From Candidatus Versatilivorator vitaminiformans (GTDB lineage: Bacteria; Acidobacteriota; Terriglobia; Versatilivoradales; Versatilivoraceae): DNA of 38,905 bases. Where the stretch lies: NCBI GenBank assembly GCA_027493295.1, contig JAPVWS010000481.1:1-38905 (forward strand), written 5' to 3'. Position 1 is the first letter of the stretch. Each line of letters begins with the position of its first letter. The translations under genes and the position numbers were made by a program. Of this stretch, positions 1-9,072 are shown one piece after another. The notes beneath the pieces were generated by a model. The model did not search any database. It had not been told where the DNA came from and was given only the letters and a program-made list of their open reading frames with translations.

Positions 1-2343
1 ATGCCCGAAGACCTGGCCTCTCAGCTCCCGGTGATTCGGGAGTTCTGTCAGGCCATGCGGATCCCCATCCTGCAGTTGGACCGCTTCGAAGCCGACGATA
101 TCATCGGAACTCTGGCCAGGCAGGCCGGCGAAAACCGCTGGGAAACCACCATTGTCTCCAACGACAAGGATATGTTCCAACTGGTGAACGACAGGACTCG
201 AGTGCTTCATCAGTCCAAGACCGACACGCTCTTCGACGCCCCCAAGGTGGAGGAGTTCTTTGGAGTCGCCCCTGAACAGGTGGTAGACGTGCTGGGGCTC
301 ATGGGAGACAGCGTAGACAATGTCCCCGGAGCCCCGGGCATCGGCAGCAAGGGAGCCCGCGACCTGGTGCTCCGCTTCGGCAGCCTGGAAGCCCTGCTGG
401 ACCAGAGCGAACAGGTCTCGCGCAAGACCTACCGCGAGTCCTTGAAGAATCACCGTGAGCAGATCCTTCAGAGCAAAGAACTGGTCACCATCGACACCGC
501 AGTGCCCATCGAATTCAGTTGGGAAACCCTGCAGGCTCGGGAACCCGACCCGGACCGGCTCCGGCCCCTGCTGGCGGAACTCGGCTTTCAGTCCATGCTG
601 AAGGAGATGGAAGGGGGCGTGGCTCCGGCCCAGGCAAAGCAGCCCGAATTCCAGCCGCTGGCCTCCCCGCGGCAGATTCGGACTCTGCTGGAGCAGGCGC
701 GTTCGGCCTCCTACTGCACCTGCTGGATGGAAATCGACCCGGAGGATACGCGATGCCGAAATCCCCGCCACCTGGCGGTGATGGCAGGGGAATCGGGTTG
801 GACCCTTGACCTGGAAGACGGGGCCACCCCGGGGCTGAGTGACCTCAGGGAATTCTGGGAAGATCCGGGAATCGGCAAGGTCTTTTACGATGCCAAACCG
901 GCCCACCTCGCTTTGAGGCATCCCGGCCTGGAGCTGAAGGGACTGCAGGGAGACGCCATGCTTGTCTCCTATCTGCTGCAGCCCAATCGCAGCAACCATG
1001 GCTTGAGCGAAATCGCCTTCGGCCTGCTGGGGGAAGAGGCGCCGCCGGAGGCCGGAGGCCGCTGCGCCACCGTTCAACGGCTGTTCGGGAAGTTGCGGCC
1101 CCAACTGGAAACCTCGGGGCTGGAACAGGCTTACCGGGAGATCGACCTGCCATTGGTCGAGGTGCTGGCGGAGTTGGAGTGGAACGGGATTCGGGTCGAT
1201 TCCGCCGTGCTTCGGAAGATGTCGGAGGATTTCGAGCGGACCGCCAAGTCCCTTACGGAAAGGATCTACGAGGTGGCCGGTACCGAGTTCAACCTGAACT
1301 CGCCCAAGCAACTCGGAGAGATTCTCTTTGACAGACTCAACCTGCCCACGCCCCGAAGACTCAAGAAGTCCGGTCAGTATTCCACTTCGGTGGAGGTGCT
1401 GGAGCACCTGGCCAAGGATTACGAGGTGCCCCGCCTGATGCTGGAGTACCGCCGGATCGCCAAGCTCAAGTCCGGTTACGTGGACGCTCTTCCCCGCCTG
1501 GTGGATGCTCGGACCCGGCGGGTTCATCCCTCCTTCCACCAGACGGTGGCCGCCACCGGCCGGCTGTCCTGCAGCAACCCCAACCTGCAGAACATCCCCG
1601 TCCGCTCCGAGCTCGGCGCCCAGATTCGATCGGCTTTCGTGGCCGGCCAGGGATGCCGCTTGCTGTCGGCGGACTACTCGCAAATCGAGTTGAGGATCCT
1701 GGCCCATCTTTCCCAGGACGCGGTGCTGCTCGATGCCTTCCAGAGAAATGAGGACATCCACACCCGGACCGCCAGCGAAGTGTTCGGTATCGACCCCCTG
1801 CTGCAAATCGGCGAGATGCGCCGGCGCGCCAAGGCCATCAACTTCGGCATCATCTACGGCCAGACGGCCTTTGGCCTGGCCAGGGAGCTGCAGATCTCCC
1901 ACCGCGACGCCCAGGAATTCATCCAGCGCTACTTCGAGCGGTACAGCGGCGTCAAGCGCTATATCGACAAGGTGAAGGAGGAAACCCGGGAAAGCCGGGT
2001 GACGCATACCCTCTTTGGACGACACCGGCAGATCCCGGACATCAACAGCCGCAATCCCGGCCTGCGGCAGTTTGCCGAAAGGACGGCCGTAAATTCACCC
2101 ATTCAGGGCACTGCAGCCGACCTGATCAAGCTGGCCATGATCCGCATCCACCGGGAGCTGCGGGAGCGCAAGCTCCAATCCAGGATGTTGCTGCAGGTAC
2201 ACGACGAGCTGGTGTTCGAGGTGCCTGGGTCGGAGATGGAAACCATGCAGGCCCTGGTCAAGCAGGAAATGGAGTCCGTGTATTCGCTATCGGTGCCACT
2301 GGTGGTGGACGTGGGCACCGGCCGGAACTGGATGGAAACCTGA
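1..2343 (+). CDS. polA: DNA polymerase I (family A), N-terminus upstream of window
   Basis: The frame is open from the window edge. It shows the 5'-nuclease tail (FEADDIIGTLA) and family-A motifs A (LLSADYSQIELRILAH), B (RRRAKAINFGIIYG) and C (LLQVHDELVFE). The overall layout resembles Taq/E. coli Pol I. Confidence 0.95.
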   Translation: MPEDLASQLPVIREFCQAMRIPILQLDRFEADDIIGTLARQAGENRWETTIVSNDKDMFQLVNDRTRVLHQSKTDTLFDAPKVEEFFGVAPEQVVDVLGLMGDSVDNVPGAPGIGSKGARDLVLRFGSLEALLDQSEQVSRKTYRESLKNHREQILQSKELVTIDTAVPIEFSWETLQAREPDPDRLRPLLAELGFQSMLKEMEGGVAPAQAKQPEFQPLASPRQIRTLLEQARSASYCTCWMEIDPEDTRCRNPRHLAVMAGESGWTLDLEDGATPGLSDLREFWEDPGIGKVFYDAKPAHLALRHPGLELKGLQGDAMLVSYLLQPNRSNHGLSEIAFGLLGEEAPPEAGGRCATVQRLFGKLRPQLETSGLEQAYREIDLPLVEVLAELEWNGIRVDSAVLRKMSEDFERTAKSLTERIYEVAGTEFNLNSPKQLGEILFDRLNLPTPRRLKKSGQYSTSVEVLEHLAKDYEVPRLMLEYRRIAKLKSGYVDALPRLVDARTRRVHPSFHQTVAATGRLSCSNPNLQNIPVRSELGAQIRSAFVAGQGCRLLSADYSQIELRILAHLSQDAVLLDAFQRNEDIHTRTASEVFGIDPLLQIGEMRRRAKAINFGIIYGQTAFGLARELQISHRDAQEFIQRYFERYSGVKRYIDKVKEETRESRVTHTLFGRHRQIPDINSRNPGLRQFAERTAVNSPIQGTAADLIKLAMIRIHRELRERKLQSRMLLQVHDELVFEVPGSEMETMQALVKQEMESVYSLSVPLVVDVGTGRNWMET

Positions 2344-2421
2344 ACGCCCGGTCATGGCCCGATAGGCGGCAGCCCGAGACCCTGTCCTGTTTCGCCGGGT
2401 TCTTTTTGAAGGAGAGGACTC

Positions 2422-2976
2422 ATGTTGGACCGGCAATCCGCCTTCGAGCTGCTGACCGAGTACACCAGCAATCCCAGCCTTCTCAAGCACGCCCTGGCGG
2501 TGGAAGCCTGCATGCGGGCCTACGCCGGCAAGTATGGCGAGGACGCGGAGAAATGGGGAATCGTGGGCCTGCTGCACGACTTCGACTACCAGAGATTCCC
2601 CAATCCCCCCGACCACCCCGAAAAGGGCGCCCAAATCCTGGAGCAGCGGGGTTATCCGGAGGACGTGATCTACGCCATCAAGTCCCACGCTCACTGGACC
2701 GGCTGCCCCAGGAACCATTTGGTGGACAAGGTGCTGTTTGCCTGCGACGAGCTCTCCGGCTTCATCACGGCAGTGACCCTGGTGCGCCCCGACCGCAAGA
2801 TCGAGGGACTCCAGCCCAAGTCGGTCAGAAAGAAATTGAAGGACAAGGCCTTTGCCCGATCGGTGAGCCGGGAGGATATCCTCACCGGCGCCACCGACCT
2901 GGGGGTGGAGCTGAACGAGCACATCGCCTTCTGCATTCAGGCCATGACCGGCATTTCAACCCGGCTGGGACTGTAG
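2422..2976 (+). CDS. HD/HDIG-domain metal-dependent phosphohydrolase
   Basis: 184-aa ORF with SD-like GAAGGAGAGG just upstream of the ATG. HD signature GLLHDFDY plus downstream His/Asp residues (KSHAHW, ACDELSG). Confidence 0.8.
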   Translation: MLDRQSAFELLTEYTSNPSLLKHALAVEACMRAYAGKYGEDAEKWGIVGLLHDFDYQRFPNPPDHPEKGAQILEQRGYPEDVIYAIKSHAHWTGCPRNHLVDKVLFACDELSGFITAVTLVRPDRKIEGLQPKSVRKKLKDKAFARSVSREDILTGATDLGVELNEHIAFCIQAMTGISTRLGL

Positions 2977-3047
2977 CGGGGGTATGGTTGTACTCTTGAG
3001 AAAGCTACGGGGGGCTGACGCCGGAGCGCTGACGGCGCCCTCGACGA

Positions 3048-3962
3048 TCAATCCGGCATGCTGTCCTTCACGGCCCATCCCGGATCAGGGTCGCCGGCCA
3101 TTGCCTTTCGGACCTCGGGGCTGGGCGGTCCGGCCGTGCCCCAAACATCCGTCTGTTCCGGCACCCGTCTCCACACCGCGGGTTCGTGGGTTGCTTCGTC
3201 TTCGATGTGCTCCATGTCGCTGGAGAATTCGGACACGTAACCGGCCGGATCCTTGTAATAGCAGAAGATGTTGTTGCCCGGGCCGTGACGTCCCGGCCCC
3301 CAGTCGGGTTTCTGCCCTTGGGCAAGAAGGTTGGAGAGACCTCTCATGACCCCGTCCACGCTCTCCATCACGTAGGCGACATGATTGACCGATGCGTGAC
3401 CTGCGCGATTGAAGGCAAGAACGTGGTGTTTCGGGTTGCATCTCAGGAACGCCATCTGGTTCTCATTCCAATCCGAGACCCGGAACCCGAGAGTATCGGT
3501 GTAGAACTCCACCACCTGATCGAAGCGCGCACTGTTGAGGACCACGTGGCAGAGCCGGAGGGGCTCGACTTTCCCTGAGGAACCGCCGTCCGAGCGCTCG
3601 GCCACGCCGGCCGATAGCTCGATGCAGCGGTTTTCCGGGTCCAGAAAGCGCAGCCCGTATCCGCCGCCGGGTTCGTCCAGGTCGTCCGGCCGGGCCAGGA
3701 GGGGAGTTCCCTTCCGTTCGAGTTCGGTTGCCGCCGCATCGACCGCCTCGCGTCCGTCAACGCTGAAGGCCAGGTGGTGGAGCCCGCACCGGTCAGCCGG
3801 ATGGAGGCTGAGAATGTGGTGCTCGGCCGACGACCCGCGGAAATATCGCGCGTGCCGGTCTTCCCCGGCCGATTGGAGACCCCAGCCCTCGAGGTAGAAC
3901 CTGCCGTGGGGGGCGATCGCCGGCGACAGCAACCCCACGTGGCGGATGTCCTGAATCTTCAT
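3048..3962 (-). CDS. Two-domain VOC (glyoxalase/extradiol dioxygenase) family protein, catechol 2,3-dioxygenase-like
   Basis: 304-aa ORF with two tandem VOC modules (IRHVGLL... and LCHVVLNS...VNHVAY). The length and repeat organisation are typical of type I extradiol dioxygenases. Confidence 0.7.
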   Translation of the reverse strand: MKIQDIRHVGLLSPAIAPHGRFYLEGWGLQSAGEDRHARYFRGSSAEHHILSLHPADRCGLHHLAFSVDGREAVDAAATELERKGTPLLARPDDLDEPGGGYGLRFLDPENRCIELSAGVAERSDGGSSGKVEPLRLCHVVLNSARFDQVVEFYTDTLGFRVSDWNENQMAFLRCNPKHHVLAFNRAGHASVNHVAYVMESVDGVMRGLSNLLAQGQKPDWGPGRHGPGNNIFCYYKDPAGYVSEFSSDMEHIEDEATHEPAVWRRVPEQTDVWGTAGPPSPEVRKAMAGDPDPGWAVKDSMPD

Positions 3963-4137
3963 CTGATCAGCTCTCCGGACGGTTTCTTGGCGGGTGGTCC
4001 CCCCGGCTTCGACACCGGAACCTTGTTCATACTTAGCGAGCGGGATTCTGGGATAGCTTCGCCCCCAATGCTACCACACTACCCTTGTTGGCCAGACCGG
4101 ATGGGGCCACACGACCCGGTGGCCTGTCTCACAAGAG

Positions 4138-4187
4138 CCCCGCCCGCGCTGCCGTGCCGTGCGGATCATACAAGGTGAAACAAAGTG
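4138..4187 (+). repeat. Family-2 short repeat, copy a (CCCGCCC..CTGCCGTGCGGATCATAC..AACAA)
   Basis: Read directly. Shares the core CTGCCGTGCGGATCATA and a following GTG(G/A)AACAA(G/A)G with copies at 4947-4990 and 10495-10540, all in the same orientation. This copy has an internal GCCGT duplication. Confidence 0.6.
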
Positions 4188-4310
4188 TTTTAGATAAGAC
4201 GCTTAACGTGTCGATCAAATAACTCTCCACTAGCCACTATTCACTTTTCGCCAAACCGCGCCGCCGTCCCATACGTCGAGGCGGCTCATTAGGAGCGAAA
4301 CTGTGGTGTT

Positions 4311-4934
4311 TCAGACAAGGTCCCTCCGGGTCAAACCGATCTTCAAGTCTCGTCGAATGTAGATTTCAACGAACTCACGCAGCCACACCTCCTTCGCCAG
4401 CGTGAACCGCTCGATCAGTTTCTGCTCGGGTCTGTCCGTGAGGTAGGCGATGCGCCACTGGTTAAGGGGTCGGAATTCGCCCCCGTCAACCGAGTGCTCA
4501 ACGTGAAAGAGAGGCTGTCCCTGGCCGGCTCGAAGCAGGCTCCCGTCCCTATCGAGGAGTTCGGCTGCTCCGATGAAAGTGGCGCTCTGCCGCGCCGGGT
4601 TGAGCAATACCTGTTCCAGGACCAACCCGCGCTCTGACGGCTCAAGCCGGAGGCGCTGGCGCGAGCATCGCAGGAAGGATTCGGTTCCGTCGGCCGACGC
4701 CTGCCGGCCCCAATAGCGGGAGCTGCCCTCCGATACCACCGAAGGAATATAGAGGTCGGGCCGGAATGCCTTTTTCACCTCCATGTCCCACAGCATGCTT
4801 CGTGTGAACCGGAGCGGTTCGCTGGTGCGGTAGTACCGGGCCAACACCAGGTTGATGTCAGCCGGGGCCAGCTCGATTCGGGTGTTGCGCGGGTCGGTCC
4901 ATGCCCGCTCGAACTCTTCTTCGTGATTCAACAT
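4311..4934 (-). CDS. Hypothetical protein (207 aa), no recognisable motif
   Basis: It is the only long ORF in a visibly lower-GC, repeat-flanked gap. I recognise no signal peptide, TM segment or catalytic motif. Confidence 0.5.
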   Translation of the reverse strand: MLNHEEEFERAWTDPRNTRIELAPADINLVLARYYRTSEPLRFTRSMLWDMEVKKAFRPDLYIPSVVSEGSSRYWGRQASADGTESFLRCSRQRLRLEPSERGLVLEQVLLNPARQSATFIGAAELLDRDGSLLRAGQGQPLFHVEHSVDGGEFRPLNQWRIAYLTDRPEQKLIERFTLAKEVWLREFVEIYIRRDLKIGLTRRDLV

Positions 4935-4946
4935 TCAGCTCAGCCA

Positions 4947-4990
4947 CCCCCCGCCCTGCCGTGCGGATCATAGGAGAGTGGAACAAGGAG
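4947..4990 (+). repeat. Family-2 short repeat, copy b
   Basis: CCCCCCGCCCTGCCGTGCGGATCATAGGAGAGTGGAACAAGGAG. It begins 13 nt beyond the start codon of the 207-aa gene. Confidence 0.6.
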
Positions 4991-5063
4991 CCTTCCTGAC
5001 CCTTCGGAAACAAGGACCCTGTTCCCTTTGCACGGTTTTCTACCCATTGAACATCGATGCACA

Positions 5064-5226
5064 GGATTGAGCCTCTTGAAAAATCCAGCAGCGGGACGGT
5101 TACTGAGAATGGCCACAAAAGGCACAAAAACACAAATTACGACTCTTGTGCTTTTTGTGACTTTTGTGCTTTTTGTGGTTAGACAGCATTTTTCGCCAAG
5201 TCGCACCCGATATTGAAAAAAGGCAG
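5064..5226 (+). repeat. Family-1 hairpin repeat, copy 1 (GGCCACAAAAGGCACAAAAA ... TGTGCTTTTTGTGG ... GTCGCACCCGATATTGAAAA)
   Basis: About 150 bp is alignable by eye to 13320-13469. Imperfect inverted arms lie at 5113-5126 and 5165-5178 (one mismatch). This copy carries an extra tandem TGTGCTTTTTGTG unit. Confidence 0.75.
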
Positions 5227-5339
5227 AACCTCACGTCCGCCGGAAAGATGACCTGCCCCGTTGCGAATTTTGCAAAAAGCTCTGTTGTTTCTAATGAGCA
5301 CCAAACCCTGCATACGGCTTCCCGTCCCGCCGCTGTCCG

Positions 5340-6764
5340 TCACCCCACGGTAAACGCTTCCATCGCCGGCACCAGGATCATGCTCAGCACGATCACGACG
5401 ATCGAGGTCAGGACGGTGGCGATGAGTCCGACCTTGAACATGGTCCCGAATCCAACAGCTCCGAACGAGAATGTCGTGGCCGAGGCCGGGCTGGACCAGG
5501 GAAAAACCACCGCCTGGGCCGTGCCTGCGATAATCCGGGCGAGAATGGTGGAGTTGTAGCCGAGAGCCTCCGCAATTGGGAAGAGAATCGTGGAAACCAC
5601 GATCGAGGCTGCCGCTCCGCTGCCCAGTTGCGTCAACAGCACCGTAGCCAGGCCCGCAACCCAGGGCAACGCCCCGGCGGTGAGGTTGCCCGTCAGCGTG
5701 CCGGCGAGCCAATCGATCGAGCCCAGAGTGGTCAATACGTCCGCCAGCGCCATCCCGCCGAGTACCAGGAACAGCACATTCCATCCGACGCCTTTCTGAA
5801 AGTCCCTGGCCTCCAGGGTCATCTCAGCGCGCTTCGCGTCCGCCGGCAGCGCGAACAGCAGCACCATGGCCACGGGAGGGACATACCAGATCTCGAGAAA
5901 CGCGATCTCGGCGACCGTGGGCAGGGTCCACAGCACCAGCATCAGAACCAGCACCAGCAGAACGTTCCTTTCGCCCCGGCTCACGGGACCCAGTTGCTCG
6001 CGTTCCTTGAGGAAGCGGGCGCGGGCATTGGGGATGGCATCCACTTCGGGCGGCAGCATGAACTTCAGGATCAGATAGCAGACCGGGAAGTGGGCCGCCG
6101 TCAGGATGACGCCGGTCGACACCCACTGTGCGAAGCTGACGCTGTAGCCGGTAAACCGGTCCAGCAGCGAGAGGGTCAGCGCATTGAAGACGATGCCCGC
6201 CGGCGTTGCCAGCCCTCCGGCCGCGGCACCGTACAGAACGGCCAGGCTCGCCGCCGCCGACATTCGCCGTGCTCCGGGCGCCACCGAATGCATGACCGAC
6301 AATGCGATCGGCGTCATCATCACGATGACCGCCAGGTCGCTGACCACGGCCGACATCACCGCAGATACGACCAGGATTGCGAGTATCAAGCCGCTGCCGG
6401 AACGGGCCACTCCCGGAACGCACAGCGCGGCCAGGGCGATCCTGCGAGCCAGACCGTGCTTCTGAAAGGCGTGGCCGAAAAGCATGACGCCTACCAGGTA
6501 GGGCAGGATTACATGCCCGTAAGTGGCAGCCACATCGGACAAGCCCATCTCCGCAAAGATTGGCAGGAGCACGAATGGCAGGAAGCTGGTGACTGCCCAC
6601 GGCACCGGCCTGGTCACCCACCAGGCCACGATCCAGGCATACACCCCGAGGGCGAGGTGCGCCTCGGGCGCGAGTCCGGCGAGCGGCGTAGCCCGGACGA
6701 TGGCGAACGCGGCCGGCCCAGCCAGCAAGCGCAGCACGAACGCCCGCCGTTTAGCGGTCCCCAT
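5340..6764 (-). CDS. DASS/SLC13-family anion (di/tricarboxylate or sulfate) permease
   Basis: 474-aa polytopic membrane protein. The N-terminal pattern AWWVTRPVPWAVTSFLPFVLLP...HGLARRIALAAL is typical of the SLC13/CitT-type anion permease fold. Its start overlaps the stop of the upstream permease by 14 nt. Confidence 0.75.
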   Translation of the reverse strand: MGTAKRRAFVLRLLAGPAAFAIVRATPLAGLAPEAHLALGVYAWIVAWWVTRPVPWAVTSFLPFVLLPIFAEMGLSDVAATYGHVILPYLVGVMLFGHAFQKHGLARRIALAALCVPGVARSGSGLILAILVVSAVMSAVVSDLAVIVMMTPIALSVMHSVAPGARRMSAAASLAVLYGAAAGGLATPAGIVFNALTLSLLDRFTGYSVSFAQWVSTGVILTAAHFPVCYLILKFMLPPEVDAIPNARARFLKEREQLGPVSRGERNVLLVLVLMLVLWTLPTVAEIAFLEIWYVPPVAMVLLFALPADAKRAEMTLEARDFQKGVGWNVLFLVLGGMALADVLTTLGSIDWLAGTLTGNLTAGALPWVAGLATVLLTQLGSGAAASIVVSTILFPIAEALGYNSTILARIIAGTAQAVVFPWSSPASATTFSFGAVGFGTMFKVGLIATVLTSIVVIVLSMILVPAMEAFTVG

Positions 6765-8511
6765 GGCCGGTCTCCGGGACTTTCACGTGGACGGTCACGA
6801 TATCCGTGTCGTGGAACTGTTGATGGCGAACGGAGGAGGCAATGTGCCGCAGCAGCCGTAGCGAGACCTCCCGCTCCATCAACAGGTCGTCGGGAGTCTC
6901 GGTGAGCAGTGCGATCCTGTTCTGAAGGTTCTCCTCGCCGGAGGCTGCAACGAACTCGAGCACGGCGCCGTCGGCTTCCTTTTGCGCCTGCAGCAGCAGG
7001 CGCCGCCGTTCGCGCTTCATGTCGTCCTGATCCTCGCCGATCAGGGTCAGAATCGTTTCCTCGGTGGCGGCATCGAGGCGGTCTACCATGTTCGCCCCCC
7101 AGCCGCTACGGGACGCGAACGTCCTGAGAAACTCTCTGATCTTCGGCAGCACGGAAAGGTCGAGCTCCCCCTCGATCCGGCTGCGGCGCGGCGCGGTGGC
7201 TTCCAGAAACAGGGTCATGAGAATCGCCACGATACCCCCGGCGGTAATGCCGTTTCCCAGCAGGCCTCCCGCCAGCTCCGAAAGAAGCTCGGGGAACAGC
7301 AGGTCGTTCTGGCACCCGACTCCGACCCAGAAAGCGACACCGGAGATCATTCCCTTGCGGTGATCGATCCCGCCCCGCACGACTTCCGTCATGCCGCGCA
7401 CGAAGGTCATCGCCAGCACCACCGTCAAGTAGGCGACAACAACCGGGCTGGGTATCGCCAGGATCATGGCAAGGGCCTTGGGCAGAAACGCCAGCGCCAT
7501 CAGCACGCCACCGGCTGCGATTCCCACGTGGCGTGCCGCCACTCCGGTCAGCTCAATCGTCGGAGCGCTGACCGCGATGGTCTGGGTCGGCACGATCCCC
7601 GTGAGGCCGGACAGCAGCTTGCCGATGCCGTCCGCGGACACCGCACCCTCCACCGCACGGTAGTCCACGGCGCGCGGCCGGCGCCAGGATACGCGCTGGA
7701 TGGCGACCGCACCCGTGATCGTCTGAATGGCGCCAATGAGAGACACGAACACGAAGGCGGGAAGAAGCTCCACGAACGCCCGACCGAGGTCCAGCCCGAT
7801 ACCCGGCCAGCTACCCTGTGGCAGGCCGATCCACGGAGCCCGGGCAACCAGGTCGAAGTCATAGAGACCCAACGACCCGCCAATTACCGAACCTGCAATG
7901 ACCCCGGCAAGCGGAGCCCACAAACGCAGCGTCGGTCCCGCCTTCAGGGAGATGCCGCTGATGACCAGAACCGTCGCCACTGCAGTGAGCGGCGGACCCA
8001 GCGCCGTATCGTGCGGCGAGTCGGCCAGGCGACTGAATACGACCGGCAGCACGGTCGCCGGCACCAACATGTTCACGGTGCCGACGATGGTAGGCGTCAG
8101 AAGGCGCCTGAACAGGGCGAGCCGCAGCGAAATCACGATTGGAACGAGCGATGAAGCCACGACCAGAGTAGCGAGCAGCGCCGGACCGCCCTCGGTGAGG
8201 GCACTGACGCAGACCCCGATAAAGGCTCCGGCAGGGCCCATAAAGAGCAGGTATCCCGCTCCGACCCGGCCCAGACGAACGGCCTGCAGAGCCGTGCAGA
8301 TACCACTGACGGCGACCGCGCCGAAAACGGCCCAGGAGAGGTAGGCGTCGGTGCCGCCGCCGGCCCGGATGACGATTGTGGGGATGAAGATGATGCTGGT
8401 TATGCCGAGAACTACCAGCTGCAGGCCGCAACCCAGAGACAAGACCGCCGGAGGATTCTCGTCGGGCTGGTAGCGTACGCTTGCAGCGCGTTGCTGGTGA
8501 CCGTCACTCAT
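6751..8511 (-). CDS. NCS2/xanthine-uracil-permease-superfamily transporter (divergent) with ~145-aa cytoplasmic C-terminal extension
   Basis: 586-aa ORF. The N-terminal ~440 aa are polytopic, with an NCS2-like GLQxxxxG..IxPxIV opening and glycine-rich TM segments. The C-terminal tail (LSVLPKIREFLRTFASRSGWG...DTDIVTVHVKV) is soluble. Confidence 0.6.
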   Translation of the reverse strand: MSDGHQQRAASVRYQPDENPPAVLSLGCGLQLVVLGITSIIFIPTIVIRAGGGTDAYLSWAVFGAVAVSGICTALQAVRLGRVGAGYLLFMGPAGAFIGVCVSALTEGGPALLATLVVASSLVPIVISLRLALFRRLLTPTIVGTVNMLVPATVLPVVFSRLADSPHDTALGPPLTAVATVLVISGISLKAGPTLRLWAPLAGVIAGSVIGGSLGLYDFDLVARAPWIGLPQGSWPGIGLDLGRAFVELLPAFVFVSLIGAIQTITGAVAIQRVSWRRPRAVDYRAVEGAVSADGIGKLLSGLTGIVPTQTIAVSAPTIELTGVAARHVGIAAGGVLMALAFLPKALAMILAIPSPVVVAYLTVVLAMTFVRGMTEVVRGGIDHRKGMISGVAFWVGVGCQNDLLFPELLSELAGGLLGNGITAGGIVAILMTLFLEATAPRRSRIEGELDLSVLPKIREFLRTFASRSGWGANMVDRLDAATEETILTLIGEDQDDMKRERRRLLLQAQKEADGAVLEFVAASGEENLQNRIALLTETPDDLLMEREVSLRLLRHIASSVRHQQFHDTDIVTVHVKVPETGHGDR

Positions 8512-8772
8512 GAGGCTCCCTCGGCCGGCTCACGCACGCCTTGTCGATCCTCATGACCGGAGATAGTACGAATCCCCGGTGGAGTGTTTCGTGTCCGGAG
8601 GAAGACCTGCCCGCTGCTTGCACAGGGCCGGGGGTGACTTCCTGCGGGGTTTCGCCACCAGGCAAAGCAGGCGCGCTCGCTCCGTGTCGGCTTGAGTTCG
8701 GCATCGTCCGCCGGAACCATCCCTCGGGGAGTCCCCCGAGGACCCGACGGACCGAACGGAGCTGCAACGTGG

Positions 8773-9072
8773 TTAACCGGGGCGTCCCGTCAACCAGTTC
8801 CATGGGCGGATGTGAGACTCGGCGAAGGTGCCCGCCCGGGCATAGGGGCTGTCGCCGACGAATGCCTGCGCCGCCTCGAGCGAGGGAGCTTCCAGCACCA
8901 GGACCAGGCCGGTGACGGTCTCGCCGCTCTCGCCGAGCGTCTGCCCGCCATGATGAACGGTCACGTCCGGATGATGGGAGGAATCGTGAAGGTAGGCGGC
9001 GAATGCATCTGCCAAACGGAGCCGTTCCTGACCCATGTCCCCCTTGTGTGTCGCAAATACTACGAAATGCAT
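8773..9072 (-). CDS. YciI-family protein
   Basis: 99 aa counted from the ATG at 9072, which has the SD AAAGGAGAG 7 nt upstream. The MHFVVF...GPL/GES...G..V.EA.S...A..F...DPY pattern is typical of YciI-like proteins. The longer track ORF start at 9105 lacks an SD. Confidence 0.7.
   Translation of the reverse strand: MHFVVFATHKGDMGQERLRLADAFAAYLHDSSHHPDVTVHHGGQTLGESGETVTGLVLVLEAPSLEAAQAFVGDSPYARAGTFAESHIRPWNWLTGRPG

Noticed and set aside
5628-8154. Plus-strand ORFs of 425 and 390 aa over the transporter genes
   Set aside because: They lie antisense to two clear polytopic membrane proteins. The translations are extremely Arg/His/Gln/Asp-rich with no hydrophobic core, so they are high-GC artefacts.
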